From positions 5,022,001 through 5,086,000 of the forward strand of contig OX597831.1 of the NCBI GenBank assembly GCA_951406725.2: a stretch of DNA of 64,000 bases. The letters run 5' to 3'. Position numbers and translations under genes: made by a program. A model generated the notes under the pieces. The model did not search any database and was not told the DNA's origin. It saw only the letters and a list, made by a program, of their open reading frames with translations. Numbering within the stretch: position 1 is the first letter of the stretch; each line of letters begins with the position of its first letter. Below are positions 28,792-42,508 of the stretch, one piece after another. The stretch comes from Octopus vulgaris (lineage: Eukaryota).

Positions 28792-28820
28792 TATTTCCTC
28801 ATTTGAATTATTATCATTAT

Positions 28821-28851
<31 letters not shown>

Positions 28852-29014
28852 GGCGCAGGAGTGGCTGTGTGGTAAGTAACTTGTTAACCGACCACATGGT
28901 TCCGGGTTCAGTCCCACTGCGTGGCATCTTGGGCAAGTGCCTTCTGCTATAGCCCCGGGCCGACCAATGCCTTGTGAGTGGATTTGGTAGACGGAAACTG
29001 AAAGAAGCCTGTCG

Positions 29015-29071
<57 letters not shown>

Positions 29072-29306
29072 GTGTATATATCTGTGTGTGTGTGTGTTTG
29101 TGTGTCTGTATTTGTCCCCCTAGCATTGCTTGACAACCGATGCTGGTGTGTTTACATCCCCGTCACTTAGCGGTTCGGCAAAAGAGACCGATAGAATAAG
29201 TACTAGGCTCACAAATAATAAGTCCTGGGGTTGAGTTGCTCGACTAAAGGCGGTGCTCCAACATGGCCACAGTCAAATGACTGAAACAAGTAAAAGAGTA
29301 AAAGAG
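28852..29306 (+). mobile_element. SINE family A, full length
   Basis: Near-identical to 2714-3110. Confidence 0.9.
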
Positions 29307-29624
29307 TGAGAGTAATATATATATATATATATATATACTTGTAGGTCATTACAATATACTGTATATATCTATAAAGTAAATTTTATACTCTTAATTATTA
29401 TTAATATTAATATATACACCAGACAATTTTTACTGTCCAACGAAGGGAACACAGAATTACCGATCGGAAGAATTCACAGAGTGACTAACATCTAAATGTG
29501 CTCACAGATCGTTGTGGTTAGCCCTTAACTGGAACTTAACTGAGGGCTAATACTGTATCCACCAGAATAATATATTCCCCAAACTCACTTACATACATAC
29601 ATACATACATACATACACCCACAT

Positions 29625-29680
<56 letters not shown>

Positions 29681-29712
29681 TTTATTTTAAGCAGCAGAAA
29701 ATTCAACAAAAT

Positions 29713-29750
29713 CTGTTACTCTGAGTTTCTCGTTGCCGTTCATCAGACAA
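29713..29750 (-). ncRNA. Type I hammerhead ribozyme motif
   Basis: Minus strand reads UUGU-CUGAUGA-A-CG(GCAA)CG-A-GAA-ACUC(A)GAGU-A-ACAG. Confidence 0.65.
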
Positions 29751-29810
29751 AACTGTCTGATGAACGGCAACGAAAACTCAGAGTAACAGATTTTGTTGAA
29801 TTTTCTGCTG

Positions 29811-29848
29811 CTGTCTGATGAACGGCAACGAGAAACTCAGAGTAACAG
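29811..29848 (+). ncRNA. Type I hammerhead ribozyme motif
   Basis: CUGU-CUGAUGA-A-CG(GCAA)CG-A-GAA-ACUC(A)GAGU-A-ACAG, with stem I CUGU/ACAG and a GUA cleavage triplet. Confidence 0.7.
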
Positions 29849-29950
29849 ATTTTGTTGAATTTTCTGCTGCTTAAAATAAAGCATATTACTCTACCACTGG
29901 TATTTGAGTACTCTTTTTTCCACCTTGTTTCACATTTATGTGTTTACTCC

Positions 29951-30010
<60 letters not shown>

Positions 30011-30297
30011 TACATATATACAGATATATATACATACTTATGTATATTAAGGGTTCATTCATCCAGTTTGTACGCTTATTTAATTTGTTGACAAGTGTTA
30101 TGACTAGATGTCAATGGGTCTATCATTAGATAATCGATATCATAGTATCATTACTCTTTTCCGTGTTTTCAAACGTATGATTTGTCACCTGTACGTTTGT
30201 TGATACAGCTATTAACTGTCGAATAAAAGTGATATCAATGACTCCGGTATATATATATATATATATGTTTGTATGTATGTATGTATGTATTAATATG

Positions 30298-30462
<165 letters not shown>

Positions 30463-30638
30463 TGATATATTTTTTTCTCTCGTTTATTACTGTTCTTATT
30501 TTATTATTTTAACTCATGCCCATTGTCCGGAAACTTTTCATTACACATCTGTGACCTCTTAGGCGACACTTTTCGTTTTCGTGTGTGTTCAAGCTCCACT
30601 TACACTGTTCTGGAATCTTGCAAAACGAATTAGCAAAC

Positions 30639-30669
<31 letters not shown>

Positions 30670-30670
<1 letters not shown>

Positions 30671-30790
30671 GACAGGCTTCTTTCAGTTTCCCTCTACTAA
30701 ATCCACTCACAAATCCACTCATGAGGCTATAGCAGAAGACACTTGCCGATGATACCACGCAGTGGAACTGAACCTGGAACCACGTGATTA
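30670..30790 (-). mobile_element. SINE family A, partial 5' half
   Basis: ggcttctttcagtttcc...gaagacacttgcc...ccacgcagtggaactgaacctggaacc. Confidence 0.75.
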
Positions 30791-31103
30791 GTTGAAAGGA
30801 TCTGAACAGAATCCTCTCGCGTGGATTTTTACCGGTAATTCAAGACCGTTCAACCTCATCACACGCTGCGTCACGCTGGTTGGGCCCGTGAATTGCATTA
30901 AAGGCTTACCTGTGTGTGGAATACTCAGCCATGTTGATCAAACAAATGAATCCTCGTCGATGAACGACGGAAGCTCACCATTACATTTCTATCCATTCAC
31001 CAACCTCTTTTTCTTATTGTCAGTATATCTCTGTTTCTTCACGCATGTGTGTATGTGTGTGTCTGTCACCATTCATCAATTTCTCCCAACATCTCTCTCT
31101 CCC

Positions 31104-31137
<34 letters not shown>

Positions 31138-32241
31138 ATATATATGTGTGTGTGTACGTATGTATGCATATATGAATGTATATGTATGTATATATATATG
31201 TGTGTGTGTGAGTGAGTGTGTTTGTGTATTTATATATATGTATATATGTATGTGTGTGTGCGTGTGTGTGCGTGTGTGTGCGTACGTATGTATGCATGTA
31301 TATATGTGTATGTATACATGAATGTATATGTATGTATATATAAGTCTAATTTTCTTAGCCCTTACTTATAAGTTGTATGTATACATATATGTATAGTTAC
31401 GTATATATGTGTGTGTATTTATATATATATGTATATGTGTGTATATATATATATATGTGTGTATACATATATATATATATACGTATATATATGTATATAT
31501 ACATATATATATACGTATATATATGTATGTGTATGTATATATATGTGTGTATATATATATGAGTGTATATATATGTGTGTATGTGTGTGTGTGTGTGTAT
31601 GCATGTGTGTGTGTGTTTGTTTGCATATCTTTCAATTTACCAATCCTTTTATCCTTATTCTCTTTCTTTCAAATTCTGTCTGACCTTCTTTCCTTGTTAC
31701 CATTTTTCATTAAATCTTCCTTTCATATCCCTCCTACTACCACACACATTTTACTCTCTCTCTCTCTCTCACTCCCCATCGTCCCCCCCCCATCTTACTC
31801 TCCCTCTCTCTCTCACACATTCTTTGTTCCTCTTTTCCCCTCTTCCCTTCCGCCCTCTCTCCAGATATGTATATATCCCTACAAATTCTCTTCACACTGG
31901 AAGAGCCGGATGTCAGAATGGTAACTAACTCAAGCAAAACAACGCGAATCCTACCTCTCAGCCTCAACAATGCTATCGATTCACATATGACCAATTATGC
32001 TAATGTTCTTCCGAATGATCGATCTCCTAAAGTGTCCTCTTAATCTGTATTATTAAGCTAGCAATGGGTTATAGCCACGTGTAGGATTAGGAGCGCTCAA
32101 ATGTTTGTTTGGACATGGACAACCTAACGCTCTCAAATGCCTTTCTACATGTGTACGCAGCTAATCATACAGAAATAAGCACACAGAAGCGAATATATAA
32201 TGCATACGCGCACACAAACACGCATATATATAGACGCTTCT

Positions 32242-32287
<46 letters not shown>

Positions 32288-32418
32288 ACACAGATTCACA
32301 CATGTTTGTGTGTTTGTTATTTATAAACATATAGATGTATGCAAATATTTACACGTAAAAGTTAAACACGCGCTCACAAACACACTCAAACACACAAATA
32401 TATACAGGTCTTATGTTG

Positions 32419-32464
<46 letters not shown>

Positions 32465-32478
32465 TATAGATGGATAGA

Positions 32479-32585
<107 letters not shown>

Positions 32586-32726
32586 ATAGCTAGATAGATA
32601 GCTGCTATGAAAAGCCTTTTACGGGTTCGAATATCTTCTATATTTGAGCTACACTCAATCACATTTTTATTCTCAGTTATTACTTCGCATCTTCACACGA
32701 TTTTGTATGTGTGTGTGTGTGTGTGC

Positions 32727-32761
<35 letters not shown>

Positions 32762-32797
32762 CACTTCTATATATACATATATATATAAATATATATT

Positions 32798-32837
<40 letters not shown>

Positions 32838-32937
32838 GATACAATAGGGTATATAATACCACTTACTAAAACCAGAGCCAATGCCTGTAACGGTGTGAAC
32901 TTGCTAGCATCTTACTATAAATAACAGTAAAATATCT

Positions 32938-32979
<42 letters not shown>

Positions 32980-33399
32980 GCTTGTTTAGAGATATCCAAA
33001 ATGAGGGCTTTGGTCTGGTGGCAGAACGTCTCGCAAGTTTACAGTAGATGTTTTGGGTCTACAGTTCCCTCGAGGCCAAATACAATACAACGGCTTCGTA
33101 CACGATGTTCCAGCTGCTGGAATATAGCAGGCAAACCTCCCTGGAATCATCCCTACCTCTCGTCTAAATACACAAAAGCAATGTCAATGTAACCCTTACT
33201 TTCTGTAGTAAAAGTTAAAAGGTGACTCGACGGGATTTAAATTCAAATTCTGAAGAGCCGAAATGAATAATGCAAAACATATTTTCGGATGCACAAGCCA
33301 TTTTGCCACTTCGTCATTTTAATAAAAACCAATATATTCCCCCAAAATACGAGAATGCCAAGTTTGGAACCCCTTTTGTTCATAGAAGTCCACTCATGG

Positions 33400-34400
<1,001 letters not shown>

Positions 34401-34439
34401 AACAACAACAACAATAATATTAATAATAATAGTGATAAT

Positions 34440-34476
<37 letters not shown>

Positions 34477-34479
34477 TTA

Positions 34480-34520
<41 letters not shown>

Positions 34521-34919
34521 GTATACATGTATATATGTGTGTGTATATATGTGTATGTGTAGATATACATATATATATATTTGTGTGTGTGTATGTATGT
34601 ATGTATGTATTATGTAAGTGTGTATTTATATACGTATGAATGATACATTGAGAGAGAAAATGCACATAAGGATGTACAATTCAACTGCACACACATTCAC
34701 ACGCGTTTGCATACAAGCGGACTGTGTGCAGTCAGAGGGTAAGCACACACACACACATATATTCGCATTATACACACACACGTACATATATATATATATA
34801 CACACACTGTGTTTGTATACGCGGCAACTATGTGTAATCAGATGGCAAACTCGTAAAAATCAAGACATCATTACAATGAGAAGGTTAAAAGACTCGCCAC
34901 GTCGAAACAGTAATAATGT

Positions 34920-34960
<41 letters not shown>

Positions 34961-35262
34961 TTATTATTACTAAAAATGATAATAATAATGATACTAAATA
35001 ATATTAATAGTAATAATAAGAATAATAATAATGACAATAAAGTGAATAAACAAATTGTATGCATGGTGTCTCCCCAGAGACTCGAATCGTATTCATGGGC
35101 AAATTTTAATTTAAACTCTGCATCGGCCATTTTAAAACAGCAATTTCTTATTACTGTTGGGAATTCCATCTACAATTCTTTCCCTCTCCCACCCTCCCTC
35201 CCTCCCTCTCTCTCCTTCTTTCTTTCTTTCTCTCTTTCTCCCTCTTTCTCTCTTTCTCTCTT

Positions 35263-35293
<31 letters not shown>

Positions 35294-35337
35294 TTCCACC
35301 ATTCCATCGTCGTCACCGTCAACACAGCAACGACGGC

Positions 35338-35815
35338 CATCATCATCATCATCATCATCATCCGCATCATCATCGTTATCATCGTAATCCTCCTCATCAT
35401 CATCGTAAAAATCATCATCATCATCATTAAAATCATCATCATCATCACTACAATACCAACACTACCACCATCATCATAATCATCATCATCATCATCATAC
35501 GCATCATCACTATCATCGTAATCTTCCTCATCATCATCGTTACAATCATCATCATCATCATCATCGTCGTCATCTTCAACAGCTGCACGTCCTTCGGCTC
35601 CATCCTGCAAGTCATTAGCATAACCTATGACATCATCATTACCATCATCGGTGTCATCATAATTCTCGTCATCAGCAACGTCGCCAACTTCATCGTCTTC
35701 ACCACAACCACCATCTTCATTTTCATCATCATAATCATTAGCATAATCAATGACGTCATCATCATCATCATCATCATCATCATCGCAGTCATCATCATCA
35801 TCATTATAATTGTCA
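35338..35815. repeat. Degenerate (CAT)n low-complexity tract
   Basis: Directly visible. Confidence 0.9.
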
Positions 35816-36307
35816 TTGACGTTATCGTCGCAATCAGCATTTTAAAATTGACCAGGTATAATACATATATACATATATATATATGTGTGCATGTGTGTGG
35901 TATGTGTGCGTGTGTGCTCATATATATATATGTGTGTGTATGTGCGTGTGTGTATGTGTGTGTGTGTGTGTAGATACACGCGCAAACACATATGCATATA
36001 TACATTTACACGTGTATGCTTACATTCATACCCACACTTACAAATCCATATATTTTCGTTAATTCCTGTATCAATAGATGTGTGTATATATCTGCATGCA
36101 TATGCATATGTGTGTATGTGCATGTGTGTGTACGTGTGTATGTATGTTTGTTTGTGTGTGTGTATTGTTCTCTGTGCTTTTGTCTGTATATATATGCATA
36201 TAATTAATAATATCAGGGTAATAAAGATTCTAGAATTTTTCTACTACTAGTGGCCTAGCGTGTAGAAAAATTAGTGAATAGACTATATATTATTCATATA
36301 AATACAC

Positions 36308-36531
36308 TGTACATTTAACCACATAAGAGGTATGCGTCATAGGAATCCTGACACGCTAGAAGGAACAGCCAAAGTCCAAACCACTATTAGGGATAAAAAC
36401 TTCGAAGGGAATGATAAATAAAAACATTTACCATCTATCTCCTGGACCTAATATTGGTTTGGACTTTGGCTGTTCCTTCTGGCATGCCAGGATTCCTATG
36501 ATGGATACCTCTTATGTGTTTTAAATGTACA
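36308..36531. mobile_element. Foldback/MITE-like element with about 84-bp inverted arms
   Basis: 36308-36391 is an imperfect reverse complement of 36447-36531. Confidence 0.7.
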
Positions 36532-36617
36532 CTATTTATAAGCATATATGTATATATATGTATATATCGCTAGCCACTACACACATTTTTTTTCTCTCCT
36601 TGTTTCTTTCTGTGTTC

Positions 36618-36653
36618 CTTTCTGTGAAAGAGCGTAGGCTCGAAACGTTAAAG
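36618..36653 (+). ncRNA. Minimal hammerhead-like motif with altered core, in a Penelope-like repeat (about 36570-36745)
   Basis: CUUU-CUGUGAA-A-GAGC(GUAG)GCUC-GAAAC-GUU-AAAG. Stems are intact, but the core deviates from CUGANGA. Confidence 0.5.
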
Positions 36654-37428
36654 ACTTCTTCAATTCTCGAGTGTTATATTAATACATCTATTTGTTTTCT
36701 ACACCACCTGTCTTCGTCTTTTGTGTTTTTCGTGAATTCTCCCTATATATATACACACACATATATATATATTGCGTGTATATATACGTATATATATATA
36801 TATATATAAACATATATATATATATATATATATACGTAATTATATACTTACGTACATGTGTGTGTATACACACACACTTATACACACAGGAGCACAAAGT
36901 GCTTAATACTGATTTACATTAGAGCATCGCAGAGAGAACGAGGCAACAATAATACAGAAATATTAAACGTAAGAACAATTCCTGGACCTTGTAGGTTTCA
37001 CGTGGCTCAGCACTATCGTCAGCGGGAAGAAACTTAAAGAGAATTACGGAAGGAATTAAGAACTGTAGGCAACTAATTGTTCAATGTACTTTTGTAAAAT
37101 GTAAAATGGCAGAGTCCATTTGCATATCACAGGATGTGTTGCTACGGCAACGAAAAATGAATACAAAAGGAAAGTAATGAATAAATGAAAGTCATTTGGT
37201 TTCTTAATCATCATTGCAATATTTAAAATGTTTGAGTGCTCAACAATTAGGTGCTATGTTACTTGAAATATATCAGACTCGAGAATATTTTAACATTTAT
37301 ATCCAATTTTTATAATTTATTCTACATATCTCTAACACATCTTCTGTATAGAGCATGATGATGATGATGATAATAATAATGATAATAATAATAATAACAA
37401 CAAAAACAACAACAAAAACAACAACAAC

Positions 37429-37474
<46 letters not shown>

Positions 37475-37667
37475 GTAATGATAATTCCTTCTACTACAGA
37501 CACAAGACCTATAAATGTAGAGTACATATATACTCTACAAACTGTATTGAGCAATCTTTCAGTTTAAAGGAAAATTATTAAAATTCGACATAAAAATCAA
37601 ACATCACCATCATCATCATTATTATAATTATTGTTGTTGTTGTTTTTGCTTTTGTTGTTGTTGTTGT

Positions 37668-37703
<36 letters not shown>

Positions 37704-38019
37704 TTGTTTTTGTTGTTGTTGTGGTTGTTCTTCTTCTTCGGGGATCGATGAGTTTCGTTCCAATGAAACCCTGGGGTCGATGTAATAGACTAGTCCCGTC
37801 TCCCCAAAATTTCAGACCTATTATTATTAAAGCAGAAACTGTTATTTAGTTTCACGTGACCGTTCGTCAGACATTTGTGATAAAACAGTACCTATGTGTG
37901 TGTGCTTGTGTGTGTGTGTTTTATGCCTATATACATTCTGAGCTCACATATGCATAAAGGATGTAAGATAAATCAAATTTAAAAATACAAATAAAATAAT
38001 ATATATGTATGTGTGTGTA

Positions 38020-38231
38020 TGTTTGTGTGTCTGTGTTTGTCCTCCCAACAACACTTGATAGCCGATGCTGGTGTGTTTACGTTCCCGTAACTTAGCGGTT
38101 CGGCAAAAGAACCCGATAGAATAAGTACTAAGCTTCCAAAGAAATAGTCATGGGGTCGATTTGCTCGACTAAAGGCGGTGCTCCAGCATGGCCACAATCA
38201 AATGACTGAAACAAGTAAAAGATTAAAAGAT

Positions 38232-38293
<62 letters not shown>

Positions 38294-38497
38294 TGTGTCT
38301 GTGCTTGTCTCCCCACCATCGCTTGACAACCGATGTTGCAGTGTTTACTTCCTCGTAACTTAGCGGTTCGGCAAAAGAGACCGATAGAATAAGTACTAGG
38401 CTTACAAGGAATAAGTCCTAGGGTCGATTTGTTCGACCAAAGTCGGTGCTCCAGCATGGATACAGTCAATTGACTGAAACAAGTAAACGAATAAAAG

Positions 38498-38500
<3 letters not shown>
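38020..38500 (+). mobile_element. Two tandem SINE family A 3' halves separated by (TG)n
   Basis: Both match 2910-3110, and neither has the tRNA head. Confidence 0.85.
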
Positions 38501-38570
<70 letters not shown>

Positions 38571-38834
38571 TGAGAATATATAAAATAATGTATATATATA
38601 TTTGCACATAAGGTCTGCAAATCTAACGGAGGCCGCGAAAACACTATTAGATCCATAAAGTGCAGTTCTCGGTGGTTCAAATATGCAATTTATGTGGGAT
38701 TCTTTTTAAAACATTACCTTGTTTAAAAAGCCACGTAAGACACAATGATAGATCTAAGGTGTTTAGAACAAAAGATGGTCAGACTCTGCTTAAGGACTAG
38801 ATAGCTACCATATATATATATATATATATATATG

Positions 38835-39035
38835 TAGGTCCCGGGTTGATTCGGGGTTAACCACAGTAAGTAAGGTACTCAATACATAGCAGAGTAAAAT
38901 TAATTTATTATATAGAAGGAGCTTCTACAGGACTAGTACTGTTTCATTCAAGAGAAATCTTCAGGAAGCTTCAGGAGCTTCCTGAAGATTTCTCTTGAAT
39001 GAAACAGTACTAATCCTGTAAACTCCTTCTATATA

Positions 39036-39041
<6 letters not shown>
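38835..39041 (-). mobile_element. Penelope-like terminal repeat with inverted duplication
   Basis: 38903-38970 is an imperfect reverse complement of 38976-39041. Both arms carry a hammerhead, and (TA)n flanks both sides. Confidence 0.7.
38920..38970 (-). ncRNA. Type I hammerhead ribozyme, the best-formed copy in the window
   Basis: Minus strand reads AGCUUC-CUGAAGA-UUUC(UCUU)GAAU-GAA-ACAG(UACUAGUC)CUGU-A-GAAGCU: 6-bp stem I, 4-bp stem III, GUA triplet. Confidence 0.75.
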
Positions 39042-39076
<35 letters not shown>

Positions 39077-39494
39077 TTTCTCCTCAGTCGGTTTCCTTGA
39101 AGGTCTTAGTGGTTTCACGCTATATACATTCACACACACACTCCCAACTGAACGAGCGTTAATTACGGGGCGGGCAAGAAGTGTCAAACATTGTCACCAA
39201 TACGCCATCTTGTCTGCACTATCTTATTTCTCTCATTGACATCATGTCATGTGATTTAGCATCAACACCGCTTCCCTCCTCCCTCCTCCTGCTTCTGTGT
39301 CCTCCACCCTGCATCTTAGTAAATCGATCAAACCTCTCTACAGGCTCTATCACAGCAACCACCGCGGCACCATACCACTTTGTTTCGACGCTCCTAGACA
39401 CAGATTGATACGGCCCCCATCATTAACACCTCCAGACAACTACATCGCACCATTACTCTCTTGCTCTCGCTCTACCACACGACGACACATAGAT

Positions 39495-39670
39495 TGTGAC
39501 CAGCCTTGTCGCAATCTATGTCACACTGAACCTCTCTGAAAGCTGCGTTAAGGTTACGCATGTCAATGGAGTTCTCAGCCACTTGCACGTTAATTTCGCT
39601 AGCAGGCTGTTCCGTCGTTCCGTTGATCGAATCAGCTGGAACACTCGTCGCCGTAAACGACGGAGAACCA
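39495..39670 (+). mobile_element. Unclassified interspersed repeat 3' segment
   Basis: Shares tgga.t.ctcagcca...gttgatc...ctcgtcg...aacgacgga with 30860-30980. Confidence 0.5.
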
Positions 39671-39702
39671 GGTCATATGTACGTAGGTATACACGTACGT
39701 AC

Positions 39703-39888
39703 GTATTTCGTCCGCCGCTACGTTCTGAGTTCAAATTCCGCCGAGGTCGACTTTACCTTTCATCTTTTCGGGGTCAATAAATTAAGTACCAGTTACGCAC
39801 TGGGGGTCGATGTAATCGACTTAACCCGTTTGTCTGTCCTTGTTTGTCCCCTCTGTGTTTAGCCCCTTTGTGGGTAATAAAGAAATAG
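39703..39888 (+). mobile_element. SINE family B monomer truncated at gtatttcg, with flanking direct repeat
   Basis: taggtata(c/t)acgtacgtacgta occurs at 39684 and 39886. Confidence 0.85.
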
Positions 39889-40306
39889 GTATATACGTAC
39901 GTACGTACGTACGTATGTATGTATGTATGTATATATGTATGTGTGTGTGTATGTATGCATGTATGCGTGTATGTATGTATATGGCAAAGCATACCACTGA
40001 ATATATGTGTGTTTGCGTGTGTGTAGATGTATCTGTAAGGGTGGTGGTAGGTAGTGGTGATATAGTGGTATATATGTGTGTATATGTGTGTGTATATGTA
40101 TTTATATATGAATGTGTATGTGGATATGTATTTGTATGTGTATATATGTATTTGGCAAAGCATACCAGCATATATATATGTGTGTGTGTGTGTGTGTATG
40201 TGTATATGTGTAGATGTGTCTAAAATGGTGGTGGTGGCGGTTGTGGTGATATTCATACACCGTACCCCAATAAAACTACAACACCACCATCATCCGCAAC
40301 CCCATC

Positions 40307-40354
<48 letters not shown>

Positions 40355-40907
40355 ACACACCACACCACCACCATGTCACTCCTAAACACCACGCCACCAC
40401 AGGAGTGCACTACCATGCTGTCACACCAGACACACCACCGTCACTACACCGCAGCTACGTAGGCCGTACCACATCACCCGTCTAACCACACCGCCGCCGC
40501 CACCACCACGCCACCACCATGCCGCAACCACCACACCACCACCATGCCGCCACGATGCCATGTTTCGTCGCCGCCACACCGCCACCACCATAACCACCAC
40601 CACCACCACCACCACCACCACCACCACAGCCAGCAATGCTTCCATGTCTCAATCACAGATATATATTGCCATCTTCACAACCATACCCACTACCACCATC
40701 GCCAACGATACCATGTTCTACCAATGCCATCGCCACTGCTGCCAACAACAACAATAACAACAACAACAACCCTGCCGTGTCTTAACCGCCATGTTGATAG
40801 TAGGAGGTCAAACGGGGTTAACGTTATCGTTTCTCCAAGGTCGAGGTCATTGGTCGTACGATGTAAAAGATGAATTAAAATGCATCTGTTAATGGAGACA
40901 GAATGCT

Positions 40908-40945
<38 letters not shown>

Positions 40946-41311
40946 AATACGTAAATGTGTGTGTGTGGAGGTGGGGTGGAATACGCATAGAATACGTAGG
41001 TGTGTGAGTGGGGGGGAAGGGATTACGTACGCAATACGTATATTTGTGTGTGTAATTATGTGTATATATGCATAGGTATATGCATATATATATATATATA
41101 TATCATATATATATTTATATATGCATACGTATACAATTATATATATATGTATGTATATGCATATATTCTTGTATGTATGTATGTATGTATGTATGTGCAT
41201 ATATACATATATGTATAGAAGTGCGTATATATATATGTATACATATATGTATATATGCGCGTATATGTATATTATATATATACGTACATAATATATATAT
41301 ATATATCCATG

Positions 41312-41356
<45 letters not shown>

Positions 41357-41430
41357 GAATATATATCTATGTATGTATATGTGTCTAAATATATGTACGT
41401 ATATTATGTACCTGCTTGGTGTGTCTTTGT

Positions 41431-41509
<79 letters not shown>

Positions 41510-41908
41510 TGTAGGGATGTGCCTGTGCTATTCATTTCGGATGCTTGTGTATTGTGTCGATTTGAAAGACAAAGGAAGGCGAGAAAAGAAGCGAGTGGGG
41601 TGTTAACAGATTACATTTGTCTTTATTCGGAGAACATTAATCTGAGTGCATCTTATGTGTGTGTGTGTGTGTGTGTATTAAATCACTTTCTGTCTATCTA
41701 GTTATCTATCTATCTATCCATCTATCTATCTATCTATATCTATCTATCTATCCATTTATCTGTCTGTCTATGTATCTGTCTGTCTATCTATCTATCTGTC
41801 TGTCTATCAATTTATCTATCAGGTAGGTAGATAGTTAGATAGATAGATAGATAGACAGACAGACACATAGATAGATAGATGGATAGATGGATAGTAGGAT
41901 ATAGATTA

Positions 41909-41996
<88 letters not shown>

Positions 41997-42420
41997 ATGG
42001 ATGGATAGATAGATAGTCGGATATGGGTAGATAGACGCACACAAATATCTAATAGTGTCTCATGAGTGTCACCCAGAAACAATCAGATGAAATTTTTAAC
42101 TTCGCAGACATTACCTTGCAATATGGAGACAAAATCTTCACGTATGGGCGTTTAATACCTAAAACTATACGTGAGATATCTCCAATAACGTGTTGCAATA
42201 AAGCCGGTCTACCTATTAGGGTCATATGATCTGATTATGCTGCAGTGTCCATACTTAATATATATATATGTGTGTGTTTTAGACATTTGCATTGATATAT
42301 CTTGTACTTGCATTCCTCAAGTGTCAGTGATGTTCTCATTCAAGTACACATTCAAAGCCTCTTTAATGAGGCTTTGAATGTGTCCTTGAAGTGCATTTGC
42401 TATCAACACGCACACGCATG

Positions 42421-42508
<88 letters not shown>

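Larger units (their letters stand above)
29680..29952 (+). mobile_element. Penelope-like terminal-repeat cassette: one inverted and two tandem hammerhead-bearing units
   Basis: 29680-29749 is the reverse complement of 29812-29881. A 58-bp tandem starts at 29753 and 29811. AATAAA follows, and (TA)n flanks both sides. Confidence 0.75.

Noticed and set aside
29680-29881. CRISPR-like array (also the 96-bp and SINE B tandems)
   Set aside because: No unique spacers between repeats, no cas genes, and a eukaryotic context.
40330-40780. His/Pro/Thr-rich ORFs as a possible Nkx6 first exon
   Set aside because: Degenerate (CAC)n sequence with no eh1/TN motif and no convincing start or donor site.
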